Assembly: GCA_027005325.1 (NCBI GenBank) | Contig: JALTLX010000023.1 | Coordinates: forward strand, 1 to 24,000 | DNA: 24,000 bases | Direction: 5' to 3' | DNA from: Hyphomicrobiales bacterium | Lineage (GTDB): Bacteria > Pseudomonadota > Alphaproteobacteria > Rhizobiales > Devosiaceae | Shown: positions 7,787 to 16,469 of the stretch, one piece after another | How positions within the stretch are numbered: position 1 is the first letter of the stretch | How the letters are laid out: every line of letters begins with the position of its first letter | The notes under the pieces: model-generated | What the model saw: the letters and a program-made list of their open reading frames with translations, nothing else | The model's database searches: none | What the model was told of the DNA's origin: nothing | Position numbers and translations under genes: made by a program

Positions 7787-8944
7787 ATGCGCGACCAAAA
7801 CAGCTTAGTGATTATTGGCACCATCAATGCGTCGGACAAGAATGCCCCTGCAATGCACATGCTCTCGCTGGCAAAACAGTTGGCCCGGAGCGGCCTTGCC
7901 ATATCACTGGTCATTCCCAAATATGAAGGGGAGTTACTTCTTGAAGTCAACGAGCCGGGCATCACTCTTGTCAAAACCAAAAAACTGAATATTCCCAAAA
8001 TACCAAACAGCCTGAGCGCTTTGCTGCAAATTCCCAGCCTTTGGAGATTACGGAAAATCGGAAAGGTTTATATTCGCACCGGGCCGTTAAGTTTTTTGCT
8101 TACGCTGGCGGCCCGGGCCTTTGGCTATAAAAAGATTGTGCTTGAAGTGAACGGCTGGCTGGCGGATGAACTCAAAGCATTAAACATGCCCTGGGTCTTG
8201 ACCGCCCTGTATGAAAAAATTCAGGTATTTGAACTCAAAAGAGCCTCCTCGGTGCGTGTTGTTACAACCGGTCTTAAAAACATTATACTGGCCGCCAATA
8301 TTGAGGAAGACAAAGTCCACATTATTGAAAATGGGACAGATATCGACCTGTTTACCCCTTTGGATCAGGTCATGTGTCGTCAGGAACTCAACCTGAAACC
8401 GGACATCCGTTACCTCGTTTTTGTCGGCAACCTTGCCCGCTGGCAGGATTTACCCACTGCCTTCAAGGCAATGCCCGCTCTGCTGGAGGCGGGATATGAT
8501 GTGGAAATGCTGATCCTTGGGGAGGGACGTGAAATGGATCGATTTATCGCCAAGGCAAAACAATATGGGCTTGAAGAAAAAGTTCATTTCCTTGGCAAAA
8601 AATCCCCTGAAACCGTCAACAAATATCTCTCCGCCAGCGATATTGGCCTTGCCCCCTTTACCAGCCAGCGCAACAAACGCATTGGCCTGTCCCCCTTAAA
8701 AGTGCGCGATTATGCGGCCGGCGGGCTTCCGGTTGCATCAACCCTTTTACCGGGGCTGGAACAGCTCAAAAACGAAACATGGATTCATCTGGCGGAGCCG
8801 GAAAATGCCGAGGGGTTTGCCCGGGCACTGATGAAACAGCTTGAGGGGGACAGCAAGGCCCAGGGCAGGCTGGCCCGGGCCTATGCGGAGAAAAATTTCT
8901 CATGGGAAAAAGTCATCGCCAATATCCGCAAACTATTTGCCTGA
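7787..8944 (+). CDS. Glycosyltransferase, GT4 family (GT-B fold)
   Basis: 385 aa. The C-terminal Glycos_transf_1-type region reads FVGNLARWQDL...MLILGEGREMDRF...VHFLGKKSPETVNKYLSASDIGLAPF...LKVRDYAAGGLPV. Confidence 0.85.
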   Translation: MRDQNSLVIIGTINASDKNAPAMHMLSLAKQLARSGLAISLVIPKYEGELLLEVNEPGITLVKTKKLNIPKIPNSLSALLQIPSLWRLRKIGKVYIRTGPLSFLLTLAARAFGYKKIVLEVNGWLADELKALNMPWVLTALYEKIQVFELKRASSVRVVTTGLKNIILAANIEEDKVHIIENGTDIDLFTPLDQVMCRQELNLKPDIRYLVFVGNLARWQDLPTAFKAMPALLEAGYDVEMLILGEGREMDRFIAKAKQYGLEEKVHFLGKKSPETVNKYLSASDIGLAPFTSQRNKRIGLSPLKVRDYAAGGLPVASTLLPGLEQLKNETWIHLAEPENAEGFARALMKQLEGDSKAQGRLARAYAEKNFSWEKVIANIRKLFA

Positions 8945-8948
8945 GGGC

Positions 8949-8974
8949 CAAGCGATGCCGGCTGTGATCGCTTG
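8949..8974. terminator. Hairpin between convergent GT4 genes (8-bp stem CAAGCGAT/ATCGCTTG, 10-nt loop)
   Basis: The inverted repeat was read directly and lies in the 42-nt gap between two convergent stop codons. There is no clear U-tract on either strand, so terminator function is uncertain. Confidence 0.3.
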
Positions 8975-8986
8975 AACTAAAAGCCG

Positions 8987-10132
8987 CTATTTCAGCAGAT
9001 TGCGATAAATCCGGGTCAGTTTTTTCTTTTCATTTTCCCAGCACAGGTCTTTGGCGGCCGTTATTGCCTTTTTCTTATGGGCGTCGATGGTGGCTGCATC
9101 CAATTGTTTGAACGCGTCTGCCAGAGTTTGGGGCGCATTATCGGCCAGAGTTATGCCATGTCCATAATCATCAACCAGTCTTTTGAGTTCTGCGCCCGGC
9201 CCACAAACTACCATCAACCCCGCCATTACATATTCAAAGGCTTTATTGGGCAAAGCGTGCTTGAGCTGGTCTGTGTTTCCTTCCCCAAAACACATGCCGA
9301 TATCGGCTTCATTTGCATGGGAAACAAGTTGCTCATGGGGTACGAAAGGCACAAATTCCACCCGGTCGGAAACACCAAGTTCGCCCGCAAGTTGCTCCAG
9401 CATGGTTTTATACTCATCAGGTCGCCCCCGGCCTGTCAGGCGCAGTTGAAAATTTTCCGGCCAAAGCGGCACACTTCTAATCAGATTCTCCAGCCCGCGC
9501 CCTGATGTGAATATCCCGTGATATTGAACCAGAATTCTGCTGGCGTCGGTTTTACCGGCCTGCACCTCGACAAAATCGGGCGTACTGCGAAGGATCGTTG
9601 GCAAAACGGGTAAATTATAGGCCTGTTGCAACAGGGTGGCGATGCCATGGCTTACGGTGGTTACATGGGCGGCTGCCCCGATATAGCGCTTTTCAAGCTG
9701 GTGGATATAGGCGGGATAAACAAGGTTCCATAGTTTTTTGTGGGCCCCCTGCCCCACGCCAAATTCATGGCTGTCATAAACAAACGGCACCTTGAGTTTT
9801 TTTGCCGCATGGGCAACGGCAGGAAGCGTGTTCCAGTCATTGGCGTGGATAATATCAGGTTTGATTTCCAGTATCCGTTTATATAACCGCCTGTTTTCCC
9901 CTTTCAGCCAATATCCAAGCTCAGCGCCCGGCCCGCGCAGGATTTTAGCCGGCAGTTTGCGCAGAGCAATCCAGAGTTTTTCCTTCATGTCCATTGCTGA
10001 ATATTCAAGCCCATACCCGTAGCCAACGGGGAAAACCTCATATCCTTCGTCCTCAAAAGCACTTATGGCTCTTAAAACCCGGGGGTCGTCATCAATCTGG
10101 GAAAAACTTACTTGGCAGACCCGCGCGGACAT
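8987..10132 (-). CDS. Glycosyltransferase, GT4 family (GT-B fold)
   Basis: 381 aa with an ATG start. The region LVQYHGIFTSGRGLENLI...LRLTGRGRPDEYKTMLEQLAGELGVSDRVEFVPFVPHEQLVSHANEADIGMCF...NKAFEYVMAGLMVV is typical of GT4 C-terminal domains, including the E-x7-E-like region. Confidence 0.85.
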   Translation of the reverse strand: MSARVCQVSFSQIDDDPRVLRAISAFEDEGYEVFPVGYGYGLEYSAMDMKEKLWIALRKLPAKILRGPGAELGYWLKGENRRLYKRILEIKPDIIHANDWNTLPAVAHAAKKLKVPFVYDSHEFGVGQGAHKKLWNLVYPAYIHQLEKRYIGAAAHVTTVSHGIATLLQQAYNLPVLPTILRSTPDFVEVQAGKTDASRILVQYHGIFTSGRGLENLIRSVPLWPENFQLRLTGRGRPDEYKTMLEQLAGELGVSDRVEFVPFVPHEQLVSHANEADIGMCFGEGNTDQLKHALPNKAFEYVMAGLMVVCGPGAELKRLVDDYGHGITLADNAPQTLADAFKQLDAATIDAHKKKAITAAKDLCWENEKKKLTRIYRNLLK

Positions 10133-10319
10133 TCAGGGTACTCTCATTTACATTAAACCAGCGAGTTGGGATTATCTCCACCGGAACGCCGGTATTGATG
10201 TTGACAATCAACAAGCTCTCGCCGATATATTTCAGGAATTTTGGATTATCAACAAACCAGATAATTGTCGATTGATATTCCTGCAATTGTTGCTTTTCCT
10301 CACACAGCGGGAATTACCT

Positions 10320-11093
10320 TTGAGTCTTCGTAATATCGTATCCAAAACAATCCGGTTGTTTCTCATCGTTTATTTTGAGAACAAATCCGCCTATGAACGC
10401 ACCAAAATCGGCCTGTTGTGGATCCCGGCTTCAACCATTGCGTTTGTGCTGACCCTGTCACTGGTTTTTGGCCCCAAGGACAGCGATAATCCATCGCATT
10501 TTTTCCTTTATGTATTTATTGGATATACGCTGTGGATTTTTATCCTGGATTCGATCACCCAAAGCGCCAATATAATTCAGGGACAGATTGATTTTGCCAA
10601 CCACAACAAAATGAGCCTGATTGATTTATATCTGAAAAACCTTTTTGACCGGCTTTTCAGGCACCTGATGAATGTCGCGGCATTATTTGCCTTTGCCGGA
10701 TTTTTCTCCCCGGGAACCATCTGGATAAGCTTTTTGTTCTATATTCCCTTTGTGGTGCTGATCATGGCCACTTCGCTTGGCATATCCTACCTCATCAATT
10801 ACATGACCCTGATTTTCCCCGATGTTGAAAAAGTCATCCATATCGTTGCCCGGTTCCTGTTCTTTTTGTCGCCGGTTTTCTGGATGGCCGATCCCAGTGA
10901 TGAAGGCCCCCGCAGCCTGTTATTGATTTACAATCCGGTTTCCTATTTTCTTTCCATTGCCCGGCAGATATTTTTTGTCGATGCCTTTAACCCATTCTCC
11001 TGGATGGTTGCCATCGGTATTACCGCTGCCATTTGTATCGCCGGTTTTGTTTGTTACTCGCTCACAAAAAATCATGTGAGGAATATAAGCTAA
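10320..11093 (+). CDS. ABC-2 type polysaccharide exporter permease (Wzm/KpsM/TagG-like)
   Basis: About six hydrophobic segments. The N-terminal region ...YFENKSAYERTKIGLLWIPAST aligns with the (R/K)Y..s.LG.lW motif of ABC-2 permeases. Its stop overlaps the ATPase start (TAATG at 11091-11095). The track ORF starts at 10065, but that would overlap the divergent GT4 start. There is no internal ATG, and TTG 10320 (GGGA upstream) gives a typical N-terminal length. Start confidence is low. Confidence 0.72.
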   Translation: MSLRNIVSKTIRLFLIVYFENKSAYERTKIGLLWIPASTIAFVLTLSLVFGPKDSDNPSHFFLYVFIGYTLWIFILDSITQSANIIQGQIDFANHNKMSLIDLYLKNLFDRLFRHLMNVAALFAFAGFFSPGTIWISFLFYIPFVVLIMATSLGISYLINYMTLIFPDVEKVIHIVARFLFFLSPVFWMADPSDEGPRSLLLIYNPVSYFLSIARQIFFVDAFNPFSWMVAIGITAAICIAGFVCYSLTKNHVRNIS

Positions 11094-11842
11094 TGGTCAG
11101 TATTCACCTCAAGGATGTTTCAGCAAATTATCTGGTTTACGGCGCGGGCAAATCACGCACCGTAGGCACACAAACAGTTGGTGCACGTATCCAGTCCAGG
11201 GGACGGTTTTTAGAGGTCCAGGCCCTTGAAGGCATCTCGATTGACCTAAAAAAAGGGGATAAGGTCGGGCTGGTGGGCATTAACGGCTCCGGGAAATCAA
11301 CGTTGCTCAAAGTATTGGCCAAATGCCTTTCCATCAGTTCCGGCACAATTGAAATCAAGGGCAGCCTTTGCCCCCAGTTTTCCCTTGCCTCAGGCATGCG
11401 CCAACCCCTTTCAGGTCGGGGAAACTCCGTATTGAAGTGCCTTTATCACGGCGTGCCAATGCGTAAAATCAATCTGCATGTTGAAAGAATCAAGGAGCTT
11501 GCCGGTCTGGGTGATTATTTCGATATGCCGGTGCGCACCTATTCCGCAGGCATGCGCTCCCGCCTTGCCATGAGCCTGATGAGCATTATGAAGGGCGAAA
11601 TCGTAATCATGGACGAATGGATCAGCGCCGCCGATGCAACCATCAATGAAATTGCCAGCAAGCTGCAAACAAATCTGCTAAGTTCCGCTGAAATTCTGGT
11701 TATGGCCAGCCATTCCGAGCGGGTATTGAAGGACTGGACAGATCGTGTAATCTGGCTAGACCACGGTAAGATCATAGAGGACGGCCCAATCGATGATGTT
11801 CTGAAATCCTATCGGGAATTCGTGCGCAGCACGGCCAGATAA
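11093..11842 (+). CDS. ABC exporter ATP-binding protein (Wzt/KpsT/TagH-like), NBD only
   Basis: Walker A GINGSGKST, signature-like YSAGMRSRLAMS, and Walker B IVIMDEW followed by H-loop ASHS. ATG 11093 is preceded by GAGGA and overlaps the permease stop. At about 250 aa there is no C-terminal carbohydrate-binding extension. Confidence 0.9.
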   Translation: MVSIHLKDVSANYLVYGAGKSRTVGTQTVGARIQSRGRFLEVQALEGISIDLKKGDKVGLVGINGSGKSTLLKVLAKCLSISSGTIEIKGSLCPQFSLASGMRQPLSGRGNSVLKCLYHGVPMRKINLHVERIKELAGLGDYFDMPVRTYSAGMRSRLAMSLMSIMKGEIVIMDEWISAADATINEIASKLQTNLLSSAEILVMASHSERVLKDWTDRVIWLDHGKIIEDGPIDDVLKSYREFVRSTAR

Positions 11843-11923
11843 ACCAGGATGGAAGCCCGGTATTTTACCTGTGCTTGAATTGATATTCCGGCCAGAGTGG
11901 TCGAGGGGAACAGGGTGAACAGT

Positions 11924-12586
11924 ATGAGCGTGCGATCAATTGCCTTTCGATATGTCCCCCTGGTTGTTTTCATGCTCGTTTTGATGAAAGTGGCCCCGAT
12001 CAATTCGGGTTTGCCGCGCCTGATTTCTCTGCAATCAACCGGCATAATTTTGAGTTTTTCAGCGCTTGGATTGTTCTTTGTCGCCGAACTCATCCGCACA
12101 CAGAAATATAAGCTGGGGCTGTTTCTGGTGAGCGTTTCCAGCCTTGCAGCTTTAATCGTTTTCCTCAATCTGGCCCAATTGAATGCCACCGTTTTCAACA
12201 CTTACAATTATCCGCTGTTCAAACGGGAAAACCTTGATCTTGAAACCATGGCCAAGGGGGATGCCCAACGTCAGATTCGCAATTTGGCCCATACGCTTTA
12301 CCAGTTGCGCCCCGATTTGCGCGCCGCCACCATTTGGGTTCCCGATCAGCCACCACTCGGCTCCGTTTACTGGTCACAATATGCACTTGCAGGGGCGGTA
12401 AAATCCTATCTGGCAGAGGATGCGCCCCTAACACGCGAAACGGCGGGGCAGACGGGCTTAAAACTGCCGATCGACGACGAGCGCAGCATGATTTTTTATC
12501 GTACAAGGGGCGCTGATACCTATGTTTTGAAAGCGGATGAAATGGATGAAAACCTGTTCCATCTTGTTGCGCTGGCAGAACAGTGA
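11924..12586 (+). CDS. Hypothetical membrane-anchored protein (N-terminal hydrophobic segments plus a ~120-aa soluble C-terminal domain)
   Basis: The ORF is in an operon-like position after the ABC ATPase. Three hydrophobic stretches (VPLVVFMLVLM, GIILSFSALGLFFVAELI, LFLVSVSSLAALIVFL) precede a polar domain. I recognise no motif. The start is ambiguous: GTG 11897 in the track, or ATG 11924 with AGGGTGA upstream. Confidence 0.5.
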   Translation: MSVRSIAFRYVPLVVFMLVLMKVAPINSGLPRLISLQSTGIILSFSALGLFFVAELIRTQKYKLGLFLVSVSSLAALIVFLNLAQLNATVFNTYNYPLFKRENLDLETMAKGDAQRQIRNLAHTLYQLRPDLRAATIWVPDQPPLGSVYWSQYALAGAVKSYLAEDAPLTRETAGQTGLKLPIDDERSMIFYRTRGADTYVLKADEMDENLFHLVALAEQ

Positions 12587-12635
12587 TGCAGCTTGCCCTC
12601 CCCCATGAAATCAAGGCATCAGGTCGGGAAAAACA

Positions 12636-14105
12636 ATGATTGTTGAACTTCTTCACTTAATGGTTTTCTACGCGCTGGGACTTGGCTTTGTGCATGGTTT
12701 TGGCCCGGCGGATGCAGACCGGCTGCAAAAAATCGCGCTGGCTCCGGCTCTGGGCCTGGCGCTGGCCACACTTATTGCCTTTTTTCTGGCCCTGATACCG
12801 GGGGGGGCATTTATGCCCGTCACGTTTGAAATTCTGCTGTTTGGCGCGCTTGTCCTGGTCTGGGTGAAGGCGGGGGAAAAGATCGCGCTGAAATTTTCAG
12901 GTTTCCTGCCCCTGCTGCCATATCTGGCGGTGCCCGTCATGCTTGTCGGGCTGTGGATATTTCAGGAAAACATGCACCTTGCCATCATGACTTATGACTC
13001 CCACCGTTTTGTGGGGCTGGCCACTGATATCGTGTTGAATTCAGGCAATTTGCTTAGCCTTGAATCTCTGAGTATGGCGACCGGATATCCGTTGCCCCTG
13101 GCCTTGGGCCTGTCCCTTGGCACGTTCTGGGGGGGGGACTATTTTCGCCTGCTGCCAGCCTATCTTTTGTTGCCAGTTATTCTTTGCCTGCCGGCGATTT
13201 TGCTCGCCTACGCCAAAGATATCGGGCTTGGCGTTCGTAACCGTCTATTCCTGACTCTGGGGATGATGGCACTTGTTCTTTCCACAGGAACACTCATTTA
13301 TTTTACCTTCTATGTAAACTCGAACTCTTTTTCCGCCGCTTTTCTTATCAGCGCCGCCGCCGTCTTGTGGTTTCAACTGCGCCGCCCTGAACAGAACTGG
13401 CTCGTTGTTTCAGGTATTCTGGTAACATTTCTGGCGACAACCCGACTGGAGGCGGCTCTGCTCAGCTTCTTGCTTTTATTGTTTGTTATCGGCTTTCGCA
13501 GTCAAAGTCTGGATCGCTCATTTATCAAATTCATTTTTGTCAGCTGCGGCATTCAGGTGGCATGGCTGGGGTTCCTGTTCGTATTTGCATCCGGGGGCAG
13601 CATTGTCAGCAATGATCAATTGCTGATGATGGCGGTGTTGCTGGCTGGCCTGCCGATAATGGTATTGATATTTGAAAAAGTCCCCGTCACTCGGCCACTT
13701 GGTCCAGTGCTGCCAATAGTTACCCCGATTGGCCTTGGAATAATTCTGGTGCTTTTTTACATCCTGCGACCAGAGCAGATGAACACCAGCCTGATGTCGA
13801 TGGCAACAAACATGTTCTGGATTTCAGGTTTGTGGACCAGCACCTGGCCCGGGCTGGTTTTGTTCGCAACATTCCTGATATTTGTTGGCGCGCGCATCGA
13901 TCACACATCCCTTTTCTTTGGCGCATTGTTTGTGTCAATATTTTTCCTGATAAATGACCTGTCATTTTTCCGCATTCCCTATCGCATCGGGTTTGGGGAT
14001 TCCGGCAACCGGATGCTTTTGTCGATCGTGCCCATGGGGTGGCTAACCGTTGGGATACTTGTTGCGCGCTATTGGACCGATTTAACCACTCAAAAAACCA
14101 GTTAG
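12636..14105 (+). CDS. Polytopic integral membrane protein (~15 hydrophobic segments), a candidate GT-C-type transferase or polymerase; function unassigned
   Basis: 489 aa, almost entirely hydrophobic helices with short loops. ATG start with GGGAAA upstream. It sits in a glycan locus next to a flippase and near a GtrB/ArnC-like GT2. I saw no diagnostic motif, and only a short first loop with ADAD. Confidence 0.6.
   Translation: MIVELLHLMVFYALGLGFVHGFGPADADRLQKIALAPALGLALATLIAFFLALIPGGAFMPVTFEILLFGALVLVWVKAGEKIALKFSGFLPLLPYLAVPVMLVGLWIFQENMHLAIMTYDSHRFVGLATDIVLNSGNLLSLESLSMATGYPLPLALGLSLGTFWGGDYFRLLPAYLLLPVILCLPAILLAYAKDIGLGVRNRLFLTLGMMALVLSTGTLIYFTFYVNSNSFSAAFLISAAAVLWFQLRRPEQNWLVVSGILVTFLATTRLEAALLSFLLLLFVIGFRSQSLDRSFIKFIFVSCGIQVAWLGFLFVFASGGSIVSNDQLLMMAVLLAGLPIMVLIFEKVPVTRPLGPVLPIVTPIGLGIILVLFYILRPEQMNTSLMSMATNMFWISGLWTSTWPGLVLFATFLIFVGARIDHTSLFFGALFVSIFFLINDLSFFRIPYRIGFGDSGNRMLLSIVPMGWLTVGILVARYWTDLTTQKTS
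12800..12807 (+). repeat. G8 homopolymer inside the polytopic membrane protein gene (codons PGG)
   Basis: Counted directly: ccG GGG GGG Gca. Confidence 0.9.
13129..13137 (+). repeat. G9 homopolymer inside the polytopic membrane protein gene (codons WGGD)
   Basis: Counted directly: tGG GGG GGG Gac. Confidence 0.9.
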
Positions 14106-14112
14106 GGAAATT

Positions 14113-15381
14113 TTGGCTTCAAAACCTTCTGCCAGTTCAATTGATATCGCTGCCAACATGGGCAGTTTTGCCATTGCCTCCGCTCTGGCGCTGGGGGCAA
14201 ACCTTCTTGTGTTGCATTTTTGGCAACAGGAGGGGATGGGCGTTTTTATCCAATCCTTTTCAATCTACATTCTGGCAACACAAATCGGCGCCAGGGGCAC
14301 CCAGAATGCCACGCTGACATTTTTGGGGCGCTGGCATCACAAAAAACGCTTTAGCGCCCAGATTATTATCGTCTCTCTTGTACTTACCCTGCTGACATCC
14401 CTTGGCATTGGTGCCGTGATCTGGTTTTTTGCCCCCCTGGTTGCAGCCATGCTCCAAAGCCCGCTGGTTGCAGAAACCCTGCGCGCATTTATTCCGGCAA
14501 TCGTGTTTGGCTCCCTGATCAAAATTTCCATGGCGGCGCTCAACGGTGCCTCCATGCTGCGCCGCTATGCATTTTTGCAGGCATTTCGGGCCACCGCCAT
14601 TTTTGCAGCCGTCATTATCGCCGGAATCAGTGGGGCCACTATTCCCACACTGGCGCTGTATTTTGGTATGGCCGAGGCCACTTCTTTTATGCTGGGTCTT
14701 TTATTTCTTGGCGGGGTCTTTGGGCGAAAGAGCCGTGAAAAAACGACAAGATGGATCGCTCCGATCAGTTTGTTTGGCCTTAAAACCCTGCCCTATGGCA
14801 TCATTGCCGAGTTGAACACCAAGATTGACGTGCTTATCCTTGGAATTTTTGCGTCTGATGCCATCGTGGGGATTTACGCTTTTGCCGCATTGCTGGCGGA
14901 GGGGTTTGCCAATCTGGTCATCGTATTTCGGGTTGTACTTTCCCCAAAAATCGCACGTTTGTTTTCTCAGGGGCAACGCCCCCAAATTCGCCAAATGTTC
15001 TTGAACTGGCGCTTAAGACTTAACGTCGGCTTCTTCGCTTTGGGGGCCGGGGCGAGCGTTTTTTTGTGGTTCGCCCTGCCCTTTACCCCGATTGATATTC
15101 CCGCAGATCAGGTGGTGATTTATTTTTGTGTGATCAGTGCCGGGGTTGTTATTGCATCCGCGCATATGCCGTTTAACACGGTATTGATGTTGGGGGGAAA
15201 GCCGGGCCTGCATTCGATTTATTTTCTATCGGTTCTGGGAGCCAATACCGTTGGCAATATCATCCTCACCCCGCTGATGGGGGCACTGGGCACCGCCATT
15301 GCCACCGGGCTTGCCTATGCGCTGTCTGCGGCATTGCTGATAATTCTTGCCCGGCGGTATCTGGGGATCAAGCTTTACTGA
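14113..15381 (+). CDS. MOP-superfamily polysaccharide flippase (Wzx/RfbX-like)
   Basis: 422 aa with about 12 hydrophobic segments. Size and topology fit oligosaccharide flippases, including a C-terminal region typical of polysaccharide biosynthesis C-terminal domains (LGTAIATGLAYALSAALLIILARRYLG). TTG start at 14113 with AGGGA upstream; the alternative ATG is at 14158. Confidence 0.7.
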   Translation: MASKPSASSIDIAANMGSFAIASALALGANLLVLHFWQQEGMGVFIQSFSIYILATQIGARGTQNATLTFLGRWHHKKRFSAQIIIVSLVLTLLTSLGIGAVIWFFAPLVAAMLQSPLVAETLRAFIPAIVFGSLIKISMAALNGASMLRRYAFLQAFRATAIFAAVIIAGISGATIPTLALYFGMAEATSFMLGLLFLGGVFGRKSREKTTRWIAPISLFGLKTLPYGIIAELNTKIDVLILGIFASDAIVGIYAFAALLAEGFANLVIVFRVVLSPKIARLFSQGQRPQIRQMFLNWRLRLNVGFFALGAGASVFLWFALPFTPIDIPADQVVIYFCVISAGVVIASAHMPFNTVLMLGGKPGLHSIYFLSVLGANTVGNIILTPLMGALGTAIATGLAYALSAALLIILARRYLGIKLY

Positions 15382-15417
15382 TCCCAAAAGCCCTTGCGGG
15401 CGCCACAGGCCGCTCCC

Positions 15418-16347
15418 CTATCCGCCCTGATGACGTTTCATCTCCAGCAATTGCATACGCAAAGCGGATATCTGATCCGTAACCATGCCAATGAAAAATG
15501 TGACTACCCCGCCAACAAATACCGTGGATCCCAGCACTGACAAGCCCTGGCGGTTCAGGATCATTTCATAAATGCTATAGGCAACAGCCACCACTATCAT
15601 TGTTATGGCGACCGGAATAAACACCCGCAAAGGGGAAAACAGCATGATCGTGCGCAGGATAAGGATGAGGGTATTAAATCCATCCCGCAAAATATTGACG
15701 CTGCTGGTGCCCACCCTTTTCCTGGTGATAATGGGCACGAACCTCACCCGGTGCCGCTGGTGCATAAAGGCCAAAAGGGATGTGGTGGAGGCGGAAAAAC
15801 CGCTGGGAAGAAGCGGCAGAATTTTGAGCAGATATGATTTTCTAAAAACGCGCAGGCCACAATTGACGTCCGGGATTTTTTCGCCCATCAATATGTTTGC
15901 AACCACTCCCAGAACGATTTTTCCCGGCTGACGCAGGAGACTTTTGTCCGAACCGGGCATGCGCCGACCACTCACCAGATCGGCCTGTTCCTCATGAAAA
16001 GCCGTAAGCAATTTGGCAATATCATCCGCCTCAAACTGACCATCCCCATCATAATAAACGATGACTTCATTGCTGGCGGCTTCGCACAGTGTTTTCCATG
16101 TCGCCCCATATCCCGCATTGCGCTTGTGCTGGAGGACCCTGGCATCAACCCCCTCAAGCGCCTCAAAGGTTTTATCTTTTGAGCCATCATCCACTACGAT
16201 AATTTCAGCCATTGGATATTTTTCCCGCAGGCCTTCAACAACTTCGCGAATAATCGCTTCTTCGTTGTAGGCGGGAATCAGAATTGAAAAATCCTTGAAA
16301 ATATCTTGTGGAGCCGAAGGCTTGGCTGGTTCGGTCATGGAAGACAT
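15418..16347 (-). CDS. GT2 polyprenyl-phosphate glycosyltransferase (GtrB/ArnC/DPM1-like) with C-terminal membrane anchor
   Basis: GT-A core: FSILIPAYNEE, IIVVDDGSKD, HKRNAGYGATWK, YYDGDGQF (DxD). Two C-terminal hydrophobic helices follow (VFIPVAITMIVVAVAYSI, GSTVFVGGVVTFFIGMV), as in Und-P-sugar synthases. The track start is TTG 16365; I prefer ATG 16347 (MSSMTEP...). Neither has a good RBS. Confidence 0.85.
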   Translation of the reverse strand: MSSMTEPAKPSAPQDIFKDFSILIPAYNEEAIIREVVEGLREKYPMAEIIVVDDGSKDKTFEALEGVDARVLQHKRNAGYGATWKTLCEAASNEVIVYYDGDGQFEADDIAKLLTAFHEEQADLVSGRRMPGSDKSLLRQPGKIVLGVVANILMGEKIPDVNCGLRVFRKSYLLKILPLLPSGFSASTTSLLAFMHQRHRVRFVPIITRKRVGTSSVNILRDGFNTLILILRTIMLFSPLRVFIPVAITMIVVAVAYSIYEMILNRQGLSVLGSTVFVGGVVTFFIGMVTDQISALRMQLLEMKRHQGG

Positions 16348-16469
16348 GGTTTTCAAAAGCTCCAAAGGAAATTACAGGTTATTAAAAGTTGTCACTTCCT
16401 ATTTTACTTTTCTTGTGAAAGCAAATCCATTAGACATGCGGATTAAACAGATAATTGTGAAAGTTTTCA

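Noticed and set aside
10065-10319. N-terminal 85-codon extension of the ABC-2 permease ORF, starting at ATG 10065
   Set aside because: It would overlap the divergently transcribed GT4 gene start (10132) by 68 nt. The extension is polar and unlike permease N-termini, so a downstream TTG start (10320; alternatives 10272/10287/10290) is more plausible. The ~190-nt gap is more likely a divergent promoter region.
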